A stretch of DNA of 57,709 nucleotides, filler included, from Dimargaris cristalligena (Eukaryota): assembly GCA_003614675.1 (NCBI GenBank). It is 3 parts of 3 records of this genome, joined end to end, with 100 filler letters (N's around TTAATTAATTAA, not from the genome) between each part and the next. Parts side by side here need not be neighbours in the genome. Positions count along the whole stretch, not along the records: positions 1 to 19,203 come from ML002735.1; positions 19,304 to 38,488 come from ML002736.1; 1 more part is not named here. One strand, 5' to 3'. Each line of letters opens with the position of its first letter. The stretch's first letter is position 1. This document shows, piece after piece, positions 11,617 through 23,985 of this stretch. The notes below the pieces were generated by a model. It made no database searches. It saw only the letters and a list, made by a program, of their open reading frames with translations, and was not told the origin of the DNA. The position numbers and the translations under genes are program-made.

Positions 11617-13356
11617 TTATACAGCGGTTTCATTGATATTAGCCATGGGCTCTTGGTCTAAGGCCAGGCCGGGAAATGATAGACCGGACGGGGAGGATAC
11701 TGCGTCGAGTTCTGCCAAGGCACTTTGGACTTGGGCGGTATCCGTATTGACCTCGTTGGCGAATTCAAATAGGGTATCCCCTCCAGCACTATCTTTGGTT
11801 TCGTCGACCACCTCCATTGGAGTGTACACCAAATTGTGCCTAGCGAGATATTGGGGCAGCTGGCGGCTTTCACGCCTGGTAAATCGGGTCGATTGTAAAA
11901 ATAGGGATGGGATACTAGCAGTCGAGGGTTGCAGCATTTTGCGGGCGCTCTTATAGGTAAAATCGTCCCGGGGTACCAAGTGGGGGCACTTTTCGAGGAT
12001 CGTCTCGATATCTCCGTATTCGACGATCAGCTGATGGGCCGTGATGGGCCCTACTTTGTTGATGGAGCTGCAGAAGTCGGTCCCGCATAAGATGCAGAAG
12101 TCGATGAACTGGCGATCGGTAAAACCTAGTTCCGTGCGCACGGCCCGGGGGTCCACTGAGTTTAGCCGGCCCGATGAAGGTTGGTAATTCCGCAGGAGAG
12201 GGCCCGAACCCAGGAGGAGGACATCGGTGTCTTCGGACAGGGTGCCGGCGGTGATTGTGGCGTCGCATAGAGCGGCACAGAGGGCCTCCGATTCTATTCG
12301 TTTGACGTGGAAATGAAAAATCCCCATTAAATTAAGCAGTTTGGTCGTTTTGCCGAGAATTCCGGGGGTGAGCTTAGTACTGCGGATGGCGGTAAGTGCC
12401 CGGTAAGTATCAGTTAGGTCCGTTAGGGCTGCGAACCCCTGGGTTTGCCGATGCTGTAATGGAGAGGGGGGCGGGGATTTGTGGGGGGTGGTTTCTTCGG
12501 CGGGTTTCTGTTCCGTTTCCTTGGCGGGCTTCCTTTCCGACTGCTTGGGCGGACCTGCTGTCTTTTCCTTGTCCGGTTTGGTAGTGGGCGGTTTCTTGGA
12601 GGGAAGGATAGATGGGATCACCATAGTTTGGGCATGGTCCACGGTCTGGGGGCTGATTTGGTCCATGTCCTGGTATACAATGGACTGGTACAAACTGCGC
12701 TGGAGCTTAACTATCTGGCGGCGCATTTTGGAGGCGGAGGTGGACTTTTGTCGGACCATCGCCTCTTCGTATAGAATGTACGAGTGGATCCGCTTCAGCT
12801 GTAAGCACAGCTGATTGGCTGTCGTCTTGCGGGTTAGGTTCTCGGGTTTGGTGAGACGAATAGCTTTCATCGGTTTGGCACGCATGAGCTTCGTGTGGTG
12901 CCGCTTGAGCAACTCGATGGATTGACCGGCGATACAGTCGCCAATATGCTGCAGTGCCTTGGTGACTTTGGTCCGAAAGGTCTCGTCCTCGATGCGGGTC
13001 TCCAACTCCTTCAGGGCAGCGGCGCGTTTTTCGCCCTCCTTCTTTTTCTCCGTGGGTCGACGGTGGTCGTCGAAAATGACCAGGGGGGTGATATTGTAGC
13101 GTTGGAGAGATCGCACCAGTTGAAAAAAGCCGTACAGGTGACGCTGATCCACCAGGAGCTGGGCCTCGGGGTTAGGGTTGGCCAGATCAGTATCGTCGCT
13201 AAAGGGGCGCATAATGGCTTCGGACCGAAGGAACTTCATGAGAAACAGGTTGCCGTCAATGGCCAGGGCCTTGGACCGGTAGGCCGAGATGTGCTGCTCG
13301 GTGAGACAGCCGGGTACCGTCCTCCGGAGAAAGGGAATGATACCTTTCACGCCCAT
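11617..13356 (-). CDS. XPG/Rad2/FEN1-superfamily 5' structure-specific nuclease, divergent, intronless
   Basis: MGVKG start, LAIDGN, PLVIFD, ESEALCA, SEDTDVL, CILCGTDF and H3TH motif VGPITAHQLI. A long basic insertion lies between the N and I regions. Confidence 0.9.
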   Translation of the reverse strand: MGVKGIIPFLRRTVPGCLTEQHISAYRSKALAIDGNLFLMKFLRSEAIMRPFSDDTDLANPNPEAQLLVDQRHLYGFFQLVRSLQRYNITPLVIFDDHRRPTEKKKEGEKRAAALKELETRIEDETFRTKVTKALQHIGDCIAGQSIELLKRHHTKLMRAKPMKAIRLTKPENLTRKTTANQLCLQLKRIHSYILYEEAMVRQKSTSASKMRRQIVKLQRSLYQSIVYQDMDQISPQTVDHAQTMVIPSILPSKKPPTTKPDKEKTAGPPKQSERKPAKETEQKPAEETTPHKSPPPSPLQHRQTQGFAALTDLTDTYRALTAIRSTKLTPGILGKTTKLLNLMGIFHFHVKRIESEALCAALCDATITAGTLSEDTDVLLLGSGPLLRNYQPSSGRLNSVDPRAVRTELGFTDRQFIDFCILCGTDFCSSINKVGPITAHQLIVEYGDIETILEKCPHLVPRDDFTYKSARKMLQPSTASIPSLFLQSTRFTRRESRQLPQYLARHNLVYTPMEVVDETKDSAGGDTLFEFANEVNTDTAQVQSALAELDAVSSPSGLSFPGLALDQEPMANINETAV

Positions 13357-13946
13357 GGTGGCTCGAATGAGGGCGGCGAAGGAACGGACAAAGAAGGGAG
13401 AGATTGAGCAAATAAAACTAGGCAATGGTTGCGTGGCATTTGCCCTAGGCTACGACGAGGTTGGAGCTTAGAGGTGGTTGTTGGTTTGACTGCTGCGGCA
13501 TGGTGGTGAGGGCTGCCCAGCTGTCCTTTGACTTTTTCACCTAACCACCAATAGAGTATTGTATGGAAGAGAGAAAACATATATATATTTAATTTTTAAA
13601 GCAGAACTCTCCTACCCTATACTAACTAGCCAAACAATTACTATTGGCTAAGAGAGGGACTCTGACGAGCCACGGAATGAACAGCGGTAAACCACCTTTT
13701 ACATACCCCACAACTTGGCCTTAGAGTGGCTTTGTTCCCTACCTCCACTTTTCCGCTTTTTTTCAGCGCTTTGTCCATTTCTTCTGCTTTTGACTCGTCC
13801 CCCCGCCTTCTTAATAAGAGCGGCCAATACCCCCGAAGGCTTCGTCTCTTCCTGCTTTCTTCCACTCTCTTTGCTTTAAAGTACTTTCCTCATTCTTCCA
13901 TTCCTTCCGCCCATTGCCACCACCCTAACCGCATAATCTACCAACC

Positions 13947-14312
13947 ATGGGTAAGCGCAAGTCGTCTAGTAAGCCCCAGGCCCGTCGCGTCGTCAAACTC
14001 GACACCGTGTTCGACTGCCTCTTCTGCAACCACGAAAAGTCCGTGGTTGTTAAAATGGAAAAGGATAGTAACATCGGCCACGTTAGCTGCACCGTCTGCC
14101 CCGCTTCATACCAGTCCCCCATCAACACGCTCAGCGATCCCATCGACGTGTATAGTGACTGGATCGACGCATGCGAGAAGGCAAATAAGGCCGCTGCTGC
14201 CCGTAAAGGTCCCCCCGCCCGGCGACCCCCTCCCCAGTCCGCGGGGGCCGCCTCTCGCCGTAATCCCCTTGCCGTGCCTGACGAACTGAGCGGCGATGAC
14301 GATGAGTTTTAA
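13947..14312 (+). CDS. ELF1: Transcription elongation factor Elf1
   Basis: MGKRKS..LDTVFDCLFCNHEKSV..CTVC..LSDPIDVYSDWIDACE zinc-ribbon signature. Confidence 0.97.
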   Translation: MGKRKSSSKPQARRVVKLDTVFDCLFCNHEKSVVVKMEKDSNIGHVSCTVCPASYQSPINTLSDPIDVYSDWIDACEKANKAAAARKGPPARRPPPQSAGAASRRNPLAVPDELSGDDDEF

Positions 14313-15046
14313 ATGAGCAACCACCCGCCTTATATATACTGCACGCCTGCATACTCCTGGTCAAAACCGATTCTTATATACTACCTCACATTTATTTATA
14401 TATATCTATATCCGTTTGGCGTATATATTCAGTTGCCCAGTACCCTTTTTACTCCACCTTACTTGTATTTTATTTCATCACTACGCTTGGATGCCCTAAA
14501 CATTTTGATGGTCCGTAGGATTGAACTCTACTTCGGCCTTTCTACCTCCTCACATTGTGGAACGCCTTGGTCATTTATTACGAGCAGACGGGCGATTCCT
14601 TCGATTTAGACTAATAAACTGCGAATTATAACTAAATACGGCTCGAATCGTCTTCAATTAAAAAAAATACTGTATGTGGGCTGCATAGCCCGGGTTCATG
14701 TGGTGAGTATCCGCGGAAAGGCGGAAGGCATGTCAGCCGCCTATGGCGCAACTGTCGGTGGTATTTCCACTTGCACTGTTTTTCACCGAGGCACACTGCT
14801 ATCCCCCACTGCTACTAATTAGTATCTACTTTAACTCTCCATCTCCTAGTTGTAACTTGCCAATTCGACCGTTTTCTTGTCGCGACGGCGCTATTTTGTT
14901 GTACTCAGTTCCCTCCATCTGGTGTTTTTCACTTACTTTGTCCCGAAGATTTCCAACTCTTCCACCTTCTCCCATCGTACTTTTGTCATTTCGCTACGGT
15001 GTTCGCTGCCTGATATATCCGATTCCCTACAACCGAGCCGAGCCCC

Positions 15047-17217
15047 ATGCCCTATACCGAAGACATTGGGTTGGCCATTCAAGAGGCCAACCGGCCCAAT
15101 CAAATTCTACTCGTATGGGTTTCAGGTAAGCCATCGTTGGAGTGGGTTAATGGGCCCGGGCCGAGTCAATAGGGGCAGCCCCCCTCCTAACTGCTCGCTT
15201 AGTGGACGCAACCATTTTTACAGGCCCCTAATTCCAAGGTCTAGTCAGGGCTTCGAATAACTTACCGTAGTTTGGTCTTCTCTTTATCCAACCTTTAAAC
15301 TATGTGTTATTTTTTTAGACGACTCGGTAGCTTCGCAGGAAATGGGCCGGATTTTGACCGACGCCCAGGTAAATATACCCCCTGGGTTACACCATACACA
15401 TACAATTTATTTTGCTGGCCCTGGAGATTAACGCGTCTACTTGCTGTATCTGAATTAATCCCCGTTATCTGAACATACCCTTCTCTAATAATCCTATCAA
15501 CAATCTAGGTCGAGGCTGCGCTAGCTGATTTTGCCGTTTGCCTGCGCCTGACTAAGGGCTCCAATTCTGCTGACATGTTCGGTCAATTGTGTAAGTGTCA
15601 TTATATTCCTCATTTATCCTAAACTGCCACCAACATCAACAAATACAACCAAGCATGTACCAATTTCAGCATCCGTTACAGCCGTCTAATAAAATATATC
15701 TGTATGGATATATAATATTTTATAATATCCCCTTTCTTTCCCATGGCGCCTTTGTAGATACCATTTCTTCGACTCCGCTGGTGTATTTGATTAGGTAAAT
15801 TACTCGGCAGCAGGCCTTTGCATAGCTTGGAACATATTTTTTATACCTTAATGAATCACCCATGTCTAAACTAGGACCAACTCACATATATATTATTCGC
15901 TTTTCTAATCTCGCCGCTTCCTTATATCAACCTTATAATATGGCTTATATCGTGGCTATGGTATCCTATAGGAGTGGTATACCATTGCACTGCTATTCCG
16001 GACCAGAACTCTCTGCGCCAGTTCTAATAAGCGCCATTGATTCGCTTAAGCGGGGTATTGCGAGTCCGGTATTAGACCCTCCGTCGTCGGACATTCACCA
16101 AACTTCGGCCCATGCTGGCTCGCCTTCGCCGGAGGCGGTTGCTGATGATACTCCACCCGCTTCATCGTCCACCCCTGCCTTGCCAGAAACGCCCGAATTG
16201 GAGCCCAACTTACCGGCTGTCACCCCATCAGAACCAGCCGATACTACCGAGGCCCCGGCTATCCCACTCGAGACACCGAGCCCCACGGCCCCTCACCAGA
16301 ATACAGAGAGCGCTCCGATTGATTCGATTGATCAGCAGCCCTCGCCAGCTACCTCCCCTCAAATAGCTGAAGTGGAAACCCCTTCCAACGAGCTGGGCCC
16401 CGCTGCCACCCCACCTAGCCCGGCACCTACCAGCAAAGACTCCCAGACCCATCCGGTGACTTCGAGGTCCCGGGCACCTCTTCCTCCAACTGCCAACTTG
16501 GCGGAACCTTCCGTACCCGTGGCGAAATCTCCACCACCACCACCACCACCCACGCACGCCCAATTAGCCATCCGCCAACTGGACGGGAGTATGCTACGTC
16601 ACCGCTTTTCGAAGGATGATACCCTCGAACAAGTCCAGTTATACATCGCCAACCACCGAAACGACGGCGGGGCCCCCTACCTTCTACAGCAGGTGTATCC
16701 CCATCAGCTCTTTGATCTAGCCAGCGATGGTTCCAAAACCCTAGCGGAACTCGAGCTGTGTCCCAGTAGTACATTGGTGATGAAACCCTTCACGCCAACC
16801 AACACCCCATCAACCAGCTCCTTGGCCGGACTGAATCTGAGCGGTGCCCGAGGGGATACATCCCTATGGCAATATACCACTTTATTGCTGGCCTGGTGCT
16901 TTTCGTACATTCAGGTGATGGGTCATTATCTTCGGGATGCCGTCACTGCTCGCTGGCGTACGCCGGCATCACAGTCTACGCAAAACCCAACTGCCTCACC
17001 AACTGTTGGATCATCTACACCCTCTAACGCGACGCCAGCGATATCGGCATCGCCTTCATCGTCGCCTGCTGCTCACTCGACTGCTCGGAATACTGATCGC
17101 GCTGCGACCCGGCGACGAACCCGGCCCCGGGAAGGATTCTATACCATCCATAACATAGGGGATCGGGACTCGGATACCGATATTTCCTACAATGGTAACT
17201 CAACCAATATGGAGTGA
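15047..17217 (+). CDS. UBX-domain Cdc48/p97 adaptor, UBXN4/Ubx7-like (exons 15047-15125, 15319-15368, 15509-15590, 15758-15794, 15972-17217)
   Basis: Four GT-AG introns give an in-frame thioredoxin-like N-terminus (..DMFGQLYTISSTPLVYLIRSG). The UBX domain reads LAIRQLDGS..F..YP..KTLAELELCPSSTLVM, followed by a hydrophobic segment and the family-typical C-terminus YNGNSTNME. Confidence 0.88.
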
Positions 17218-17842
17218 TGGCTCTAGAATACCTTTCAATAAAAGTGTCATTTTCCTTCTCTATTTGCTAAGTTGTATTTTTACAATCGACGTCTAGACCT
17301 GGGCTACAGGCGGCTTAAGTCTCGAAATGGGGATATTAATTGGGTTAGTTTATTTGGCGATGAGTTCAAATCGGCATTTAGGATAGTTACAACAGCTGCT
17401 TAACATTATTAAGCCAGACAAATATACCGGGTGGCTATGTACCATCATGGCCTTACTAAATGACCACCGATGCTTTATTTACGCATAATAGAGATACACA
17501 ATTGAAGAGGGGGGAAGTCAGGCTGAGAAACACGGGTGGTTTGGCGAGACAAAGAGACAAGAAAAAGAGTTGGGAAGTGCAGTGGAATTGGCTGGGGTGG
17601 TCTTCAGTCACGCAATACGAAACCACTAGGGGAGAGAAGGAGCACATCAGACACCAAAAGACTGACGGGCTTCCTGGGCGTACAGTTGCAATGACCGAGC
17701 AACACTTTCAATGCTATGGGATTAGAATATATATCAAGAACATAAATAAATCAAATGCGGGTTAGAATCGAATAAATACCTATTGTGACCATCACTCCAT
17801 CAAACATTAACCATCCATCAGGCAAGGTATTCATGTGGAAAC

Positions 17843-18944
17843 TTACTTGACATCGCCCCAACCGCGCTCGGCATTCTCATTCTCCTCAATGATATCCTGT
17901 TGGCTCATCACGCGCAGCACGGCCTTTTTGCTAGGTTCCTGCATTTCACCGGCCAGTAGAAGTTCGTCCAAGACGAAGTAGGCCTTTTGGAAGTTGAAAA
18001 TAAGATCCAGTTCGCATACGTTGCCAAAGTATTGGTCCAGAATTTCGACGTAACGGTGGATGATTTCGAGGGCGATGAGTTCGTTGTCGTCGGTACCGAT
18101 TCCGGCAATGAAGAACAGACTCGCATAGCTAGGAATGGTGGAGTGAATCATGGGAGTGGGCGGTAGTGATGTTTAAAACGGGCTCACCGTGGAGATAAAA
18201 ATAAGATTAGTATTAGGTAACCATAAAAAAACATCGGAGGGGCGCTGCTCGACCCTATGTTAGGGTAGTCGGGCCAATAGGTCAAATGTCATCAGGCTAT
18301 GGATTTATGGCTTGAAAAAGGCACTTACCGTCGGTACACAAGTTTGGTATCTGAGCCATGGGGTTATAAGCCAGCGGAGTGATTGGTATACGGGGTAGTT
18401 AGTCGCCACAACAAGGGTGCAGTTGCATTAGAGAGCGGCCCCTGGGGTAGAGTATCGGGCGGCAAATGACTACCCCCTTTGGAAATTTTGGGGCCTTTTC
18501 GCCCGAACAATAAAATTATATAATGGTTATAACTTACCCCGGTATTCGAGGAAATTACACAGACGGGCCCGGCGAGCCAGGACCATCTGGGTCACATCTT
18601 TGACGATTTTGGCCTTTTCCTTCAGGCCTAGCGTGCTGAACCACTTGGCCAAGCGAACCTTGCCTTGGCGACTCACGAGTAAAACGTATTTAATCTAGCG
18701 AAGGAAGGTTAACGGGGATAAGGGTAGGAAGCAGGTCCGGGAAATAAAGCGATCCGGCGGTTAGTTACTTGCCCATGGGGATGTCTGGTGTGCATGGCGC
18801 AAGAACGAGAGAAAGTCTCGGTTTCGCTTGAAAAGTACAGTATTAATGACCTGGTCGGAGCAAAGGCCCCGATAAGGAAAATGGCAACGGTATAAGCCCA
18901 TCACCTGGGTGGAGCCCATGATGCTGAGAAATGCTTACCCCCAT
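17843..18944 (-). CDS. APS1: AP-1 adaptor complex sigma subunit (exons 18944-18939, 18694-18538, 18350-18329, 18128-17843)
   Basis: The spliced product reads [79 protein letters not shown]. All junctions are GTAAG..YAG and in phase. Confidence 0.95.
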
Positions 18945-19074
18945 GTCTGTAGATGGGTCAAGAATGTGGAATTAGCGTTGATGGAAAACTGGACAGGGGG
19001 ATGAAACTAAGTAGATGGGGTAGACTGGCTCAAAGTCCGAACAAACGGTATTACGGGATAAGAACTGAAGTGGG

Positions 19075-19203
19075 AATTCGTTTATACAAACTCATTATGT
19101 TAATAGAGGGGAAAGAAAAATTTTTCCGTAAAAATATTACTTTCCCCGAAGTAGAAAGGAAAAATTTTCTAGTGAAAATTTGTTTCTCTATCTTTCTCCT
19201 TCT
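19075..19203. repeat. Second copy of the 115-243 repeat, truncated by the contig end
   Basis: 129 bp identical to 115-243 in the same orientation. Confidence 0.95.
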
Positions 19204-19303
19204 NNNNNNNNNNNNNNNNNNNNNNNNNNNNNNNNNNNNNNNNNNNNTTAATTAATTAANNNNNNNNNNNNNNNNNNNNNNNNNNNNNNNNNNNNNNNNN
19301 NNN
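19204..19303. other. Artificial contig spacer
   Basis: 44 N + TTAATTAATTAA (stops in all six frames) + 44 N. Confidence 0.98.
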
Positions 19304-19326
19304 GGGGGGGGGGGGGGGGGGGGGGG
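19304..19326 (+). repeat. Poly-G tract (23 nt) at the contig start
   Basis: Seen directly; a likely cause of the assembly break. Confidence 0.9.
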
Positions 19327-19402
19327 TGTTTACACAAGAGCTGAAGGAGAAGAGGACAGTGGGTGTAACAAGGATAAATGAGTTGGCGTAACGAGCGGAT
19401 TC

Positions 19403-22400
19403 TCATTGGGTTGGCCGGGGTAGTGAGGGGTTATTATACGGTGAAATCAGAGGCGAAGAAGCAGGGGCGGTGGGGCCATTGCGGTTGCTAGGTGGCACAG
19501 GAAGCGGAGGCAGTAGTGGTGATCGATGGGCGGGGGGAGTAGGTCGGTACGGATAGGCGTGAGTCGCCGCCGTCGCCAGTAGTGGGGGTAGGGATGGACG
19601 CTGGGACTGTGGAGCGGACCCAGGGGGCACCAAGTGGGGCAAAAAACCCCCGAGGGGTGGGGCCAGTGGATCGAGAGTTGAAGGATAAGGCGGACGCGGG
19701 TGGGATAGGAACGGATGCCCACGATTATGGTTACTACGAACCCCGGTTGGTGCAGCTAAAGAGGGGGACGAGGCGGGCACGCCTAGAGAAGGATGCGGTT
19801 GGCTTCGTAGGGGGATGGGCCTCATGTCCCCCCGAGGTATGCGACGCTGAACAAAGGAGAACTGATCCCACCCACGCGACGGGACAGGCTGGCTACTTGG
19901 GGGGAAAAGCCCTGGGATCGGGGGGAGCGAAGCCAAAGGACCCCCCGCAGGAGCTTGTTGTGGGAAAGTCAAAGGTGGGAGTGGGCCAGAAGCAGTAGCG
20001 GACTGCAATAGGCACTCTAGGACATGGGAAAGGGGTGCGTTTAAGAAGTGATCATCCGGTGCATCCCCCTTGGGCCAAGGGGAAGCCGCATTGCCCTTGT
20101 CTGTGGCCGTGGACCCCGTACCGTTGCTTGAGTGGTGATTGTTCCGCTGGTCTACGGATTAGAATTAATTACAACATCGCGGGATCATTTGAGAAGGGCG
20201 CATAGAATGGAAAGTATGTCAGTTGAACAATTGATTGATTGATGGAGGGGAAAGTCAATGAAGATATCAGAAATATGTTTATATACGGAAAAAGGTTAGA
20301 TCCCAAAACGGCTTGCCTATTATTACGGACCAGGTAGTCCGGGGGAGAGGAATCCCTTCCATAATACTGGCATATGTATGCAATACTTGGAAGATGTAGC
20401 CCCCCTTTTCTCAGTTTAGGGTAGTCCTGTACAAAAGTAGGCAGGAAGTAAGAGAGACTGAATGGTATATGCAAAAAGCGATCCTAACGACTCTGCCCGA
20501 TGTTCGACCTAAATATCGATTTTAAATAGCATCCTCTATATATATTCAATGAGAAGTCTCGGGGCCCTACTTATTCCATATCTTAAAAGGCCGATTACTC
20601 AAGGCACTTATCGAAAGGATCGACTAAGAATTAAAGGGTAGGGGAGAGAAATGCCATAAAGAAAAATACTGAAAAAAGGGGGTATAAGGAACGGTTGTGG
20701 TACTAACCATGCCGTGCGGTAGATACTTCAGGATAATGGGCGCGGTAATTAGTGGCACTATAAGGGGAATAAGAGTCATTAGAGGTAGGAGGGTACGGAG
20801 CGCCCGTCGATGACGGGGCTGCGGAGGGTGGCGGTGGTGGTGCTTCGCGACTCGCCTCTGGGGAATCATGAGGGGATGGTGATAGCCCACCGTACTCGAG
20901 GTCGTCGTGATCGGGGGCATGGTGTATAGGGACAGGGGTAGGGGATACGGAAGGGTTGGGTGGCATTAGAGTCGGGTAGAGCGGGGGAGCGTTGAAGTGT
21001 AGTCGTGGATTAGCCGAAGGTGTTGGTACGGCGGAGGCTGCTTCTTCCGGTTCGGAGTCACTAAGGGTCAGATCAATCACCTCCACCCGAGGCCGTTTAT
21101 TGTTGCTAATTGATCGAGACCCATGAGGCGAAGGATGGGCGTCCCGTTTATCGGGGCGGGCTTCATTTTGAGCCGTTAGGGGTGTCCCAGGACTGGCCAG
21201 AGTAGAAGCATGTCCAGGCAAATTACCCATTGGGGTATTCCTATGGCTAGCCGGGTGCTGCAACCTCGGATACTGACCATCATCACTATCGTAATCATCA
21301 TCATCGTCGTCGTCGCCGATGGTAACAGAATCGACCGCCTCGGGCATGTGCCAGGTCATGTCGGTTTCTACGTGAATCTGGTCAATGGAGGAATCCACCC
21401 GATTCAGTATGTCCTGGGAGAATCCGTCCATAAATAAGTCGGCGAACTGGGCATCACAATTACATACAGGGCACTTCCAGGTTGGAGACTGTTGATTGAC
21501 CCGTAAGAACGAGTCGGCATCGAAACACTGGAGATGCTGGCACTTGGTGGTGCGGCAGGGATACTTGATTCGAGTGTGCGAGAGTGGACACTTGAGAGAA
21601 AGAACGTTGGAAGTCGCAGCAATGTCATCATCTTCGGCTAGTTTTAAGAGAGCTAATGGACCAGACCGGGGGATAGGCAGAGGTAGATGGTCAAATAAAG
21701 TAAAGGGGCATTAGGGGTATAGCCAGTATTAGATAAGTGATGGTCAAATGGGTGTAATTACACACAGAGAGCACCAAGTAACCCTGAAACCTCACAATAA
21801 GGCCGTTTAGTACACCCCATTCAGAAACCTGGCCGGGAACAGTGAACTGGACCTACCTGCATCCCTAATGGTATCTAAGCTACGGGAGCGCAATTGTTGA
21901 AGTTCAGCAAGTAAACTGGGGATTTGAGTTTGGCGGCAATATAACATTACAGCAACCATTCGCTAGATGGGGTGATGTATAGGGGAAAATTGATACAGGA
22001 AAAGAGTAGAACGGGTTAATAAAAGGCGGGGATGTAGAGATTCGATAGACGGCGGGTATTCTAAAGCAACGACAAATGACATGCATATAGCCGGTCTGGC
22101 ATCCATAAGCTCAGAATATATATATATATATATATATTCAAATAAATAACGAGGCTGGCCACATGGGGTAGTCTAACCCGTCCCTAGTCTAACGAAGTAC
22201 GTACCTTTGTTGACGCGTAGGTGATTTCCACTCGGTTCGTTGAGTAGCCCGGAGTGTAGTGCGGAGTCATATCGATCGGATAGACCTGTTTCGTTTTCAA
22301 GTTATGCCGATTGAGGACCGCCGCGGGTACGCTCACCCCATTAAACTTGACCGAGGAAAAGCGGGGGAATTCGGCGCTCACGCCGGGATGGGCGGGGTTG

Positions 22401-23985
22401 AACGAGGCCAGGGCCTGATCATGCGAAGTCATGAGTAGATAGATATTAAAGCCGGGGTCCCGGCCAGGTTGCGCTTTGGTGAGCTTCAGCTCCCCCTCCT
22501 GCTTGGGGGTCAGTTTGAAGTACGCCTGGCAGGACGCATACCGGTTGGGCGATTCCCCACACGGGTAAGGGCGTCCCAGAGCCTCCACCACGCTAATGAA
22601 GGGGGATGGTCGGTACCGCAGGTTCTGCAACGGCTGGGGCCGCGACGTCGAATGGGACGGGGCGCTGGCCGTGGTAGAGGCCTGGGTGGCGAGGGCTAAC
22701 AGGGAATTCGGGGCGACGGGAGTGCTGCACGTGGTCGATGGAAATGGTCGGTAGGGCGCTGGATATTGCGGCGTGGACTGGTTAGTCGAGGCCGGGTGTG
22801 ATAATAACGCTGATGATGGTAGTGGCGAAATGGGAGGGGGCGATAAAAGCCCCGATGAAGTGGCGCGAGGTACAGAATATGAGGAGAATGAGGGGGAGGA
22901 CGACGACCGAGCGGGATTGGTGCGAGGCATGCAATTAATAATGTCGCGGGGGCCGGGTAAGAGCAGTCGGTTGGCTTGATCGTTGGAACCTGGTGTGGAA
23001 GACCGTCCGTCCGACTGGGAAAGGCCAGGTAGCTCGCCACCAAAGGGTGTAGTCGACAAAGGGGTGGATGATGGAGATATCGATGAGGAAGGACTTGCCG
23101 CTTCCGCCCGCAGTCGACGAAGATTGGGTAATGGATTCATGGCATACGGGATGGCTTGAACATCGGCCAAGCGGATATAAATCGCTTCTTCAATGAGTGA
23201 ATTAAGTAATAGCAGTATGGCGGGATCGGCGTTATCGATAAAGAAGCGGTAGTTCCGAATGACGCGTTGAACCAGCTCCGCCTTATTACCTGCCAAATGA
23301 GTTTCGACGTCGCGTGATAATGAGCTGAGGGTACGGATACCTCGAATGATATCTTTGATTTCAGGGACCTTGACCCAGGCGAGTAGTGCGCCAAGCTCCT
23401 GGATGGTGTTGATGCAGTGGAATGCAAAACCAAACAATACGATAAGCAGTGTTAGATAGAATCCTTTAACCAAGTTGTAAAGGTCGCGTTGGCAGAGTGT
23501 GTATAGAGTACTGAAGCCATTCAGTATATGGTACGAACAGGGGCGAGTCAATATGGAGAATATCACGGGGGGAAGTGAGAGACAAAATAGCGGCCACTTC
23601 TGAATACTGGGCGATTTAGGTCCGCCAAAATTCGGGTGACTTCCGCCTACTTCCACCCACGGTACCATGAAAACATCGCAATTCAAAATTGCCTGGCAGG
23701 AGGGGGGTCGCTCCACACAAAAGGGACCGTGTATGAGCTCCACGACAGCATCGTATGGGCAACTCCGGCCGGACCCCTTATAAGTTGGACGGGCCAACAT
23801 GTAGTAGGGGTCGCAGTAAGAGACAACTGAGAGCCAGTCCCCCCTGCCATTCTCCCAGTGGGCAATTCTCTCGAAATTCAACCAAGAAAGGCAATGGACC
23901 GATGGGTCAGATTATATAATACACCAATAGTAGTAAAAGGTGAGGGTTTTACCTTTTGGTAATCGAGTTTACGGGAACCGCTCAT
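19403..23985 (-). CDS. SIZ1: SIZ/PIAS-family SUMO E3 ligase (exons 23985-23953, 23398-22205, 21962-21857, 21652-20708, 20151-19403)
   Basis: SP-RING LSLKCPLSHTRIKYPCRTTKCQHLQCFDADSFL..TWKCPVC. PINIT-like region YRPSPF..EFP..PIDMT..NRVEITYA. SAP-like GNKAELVQRV. SIM VEVIDLTLSDSEPEE. Exon phases are consistent; the first and last exons are less certain. Confidence 0.88.

Noticed and set aside
19204..19303. TTAATTAATTAA palindrome inside N runs (also 38489-38588)
   Set aside because: Identical 100-nt layout twice, between contigs of decreasing length (19203, 19185, 19121 bp). It is a concatenation linker, not biology.
23399..23881. N-terminal extensions in the ORF track (22184-23881, 3205-4611, 39132-40838, 43804-44739, 45437-46975)
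   Set aside because: These are read-through into introns or UTRs; splice sites give more plausible gene models.
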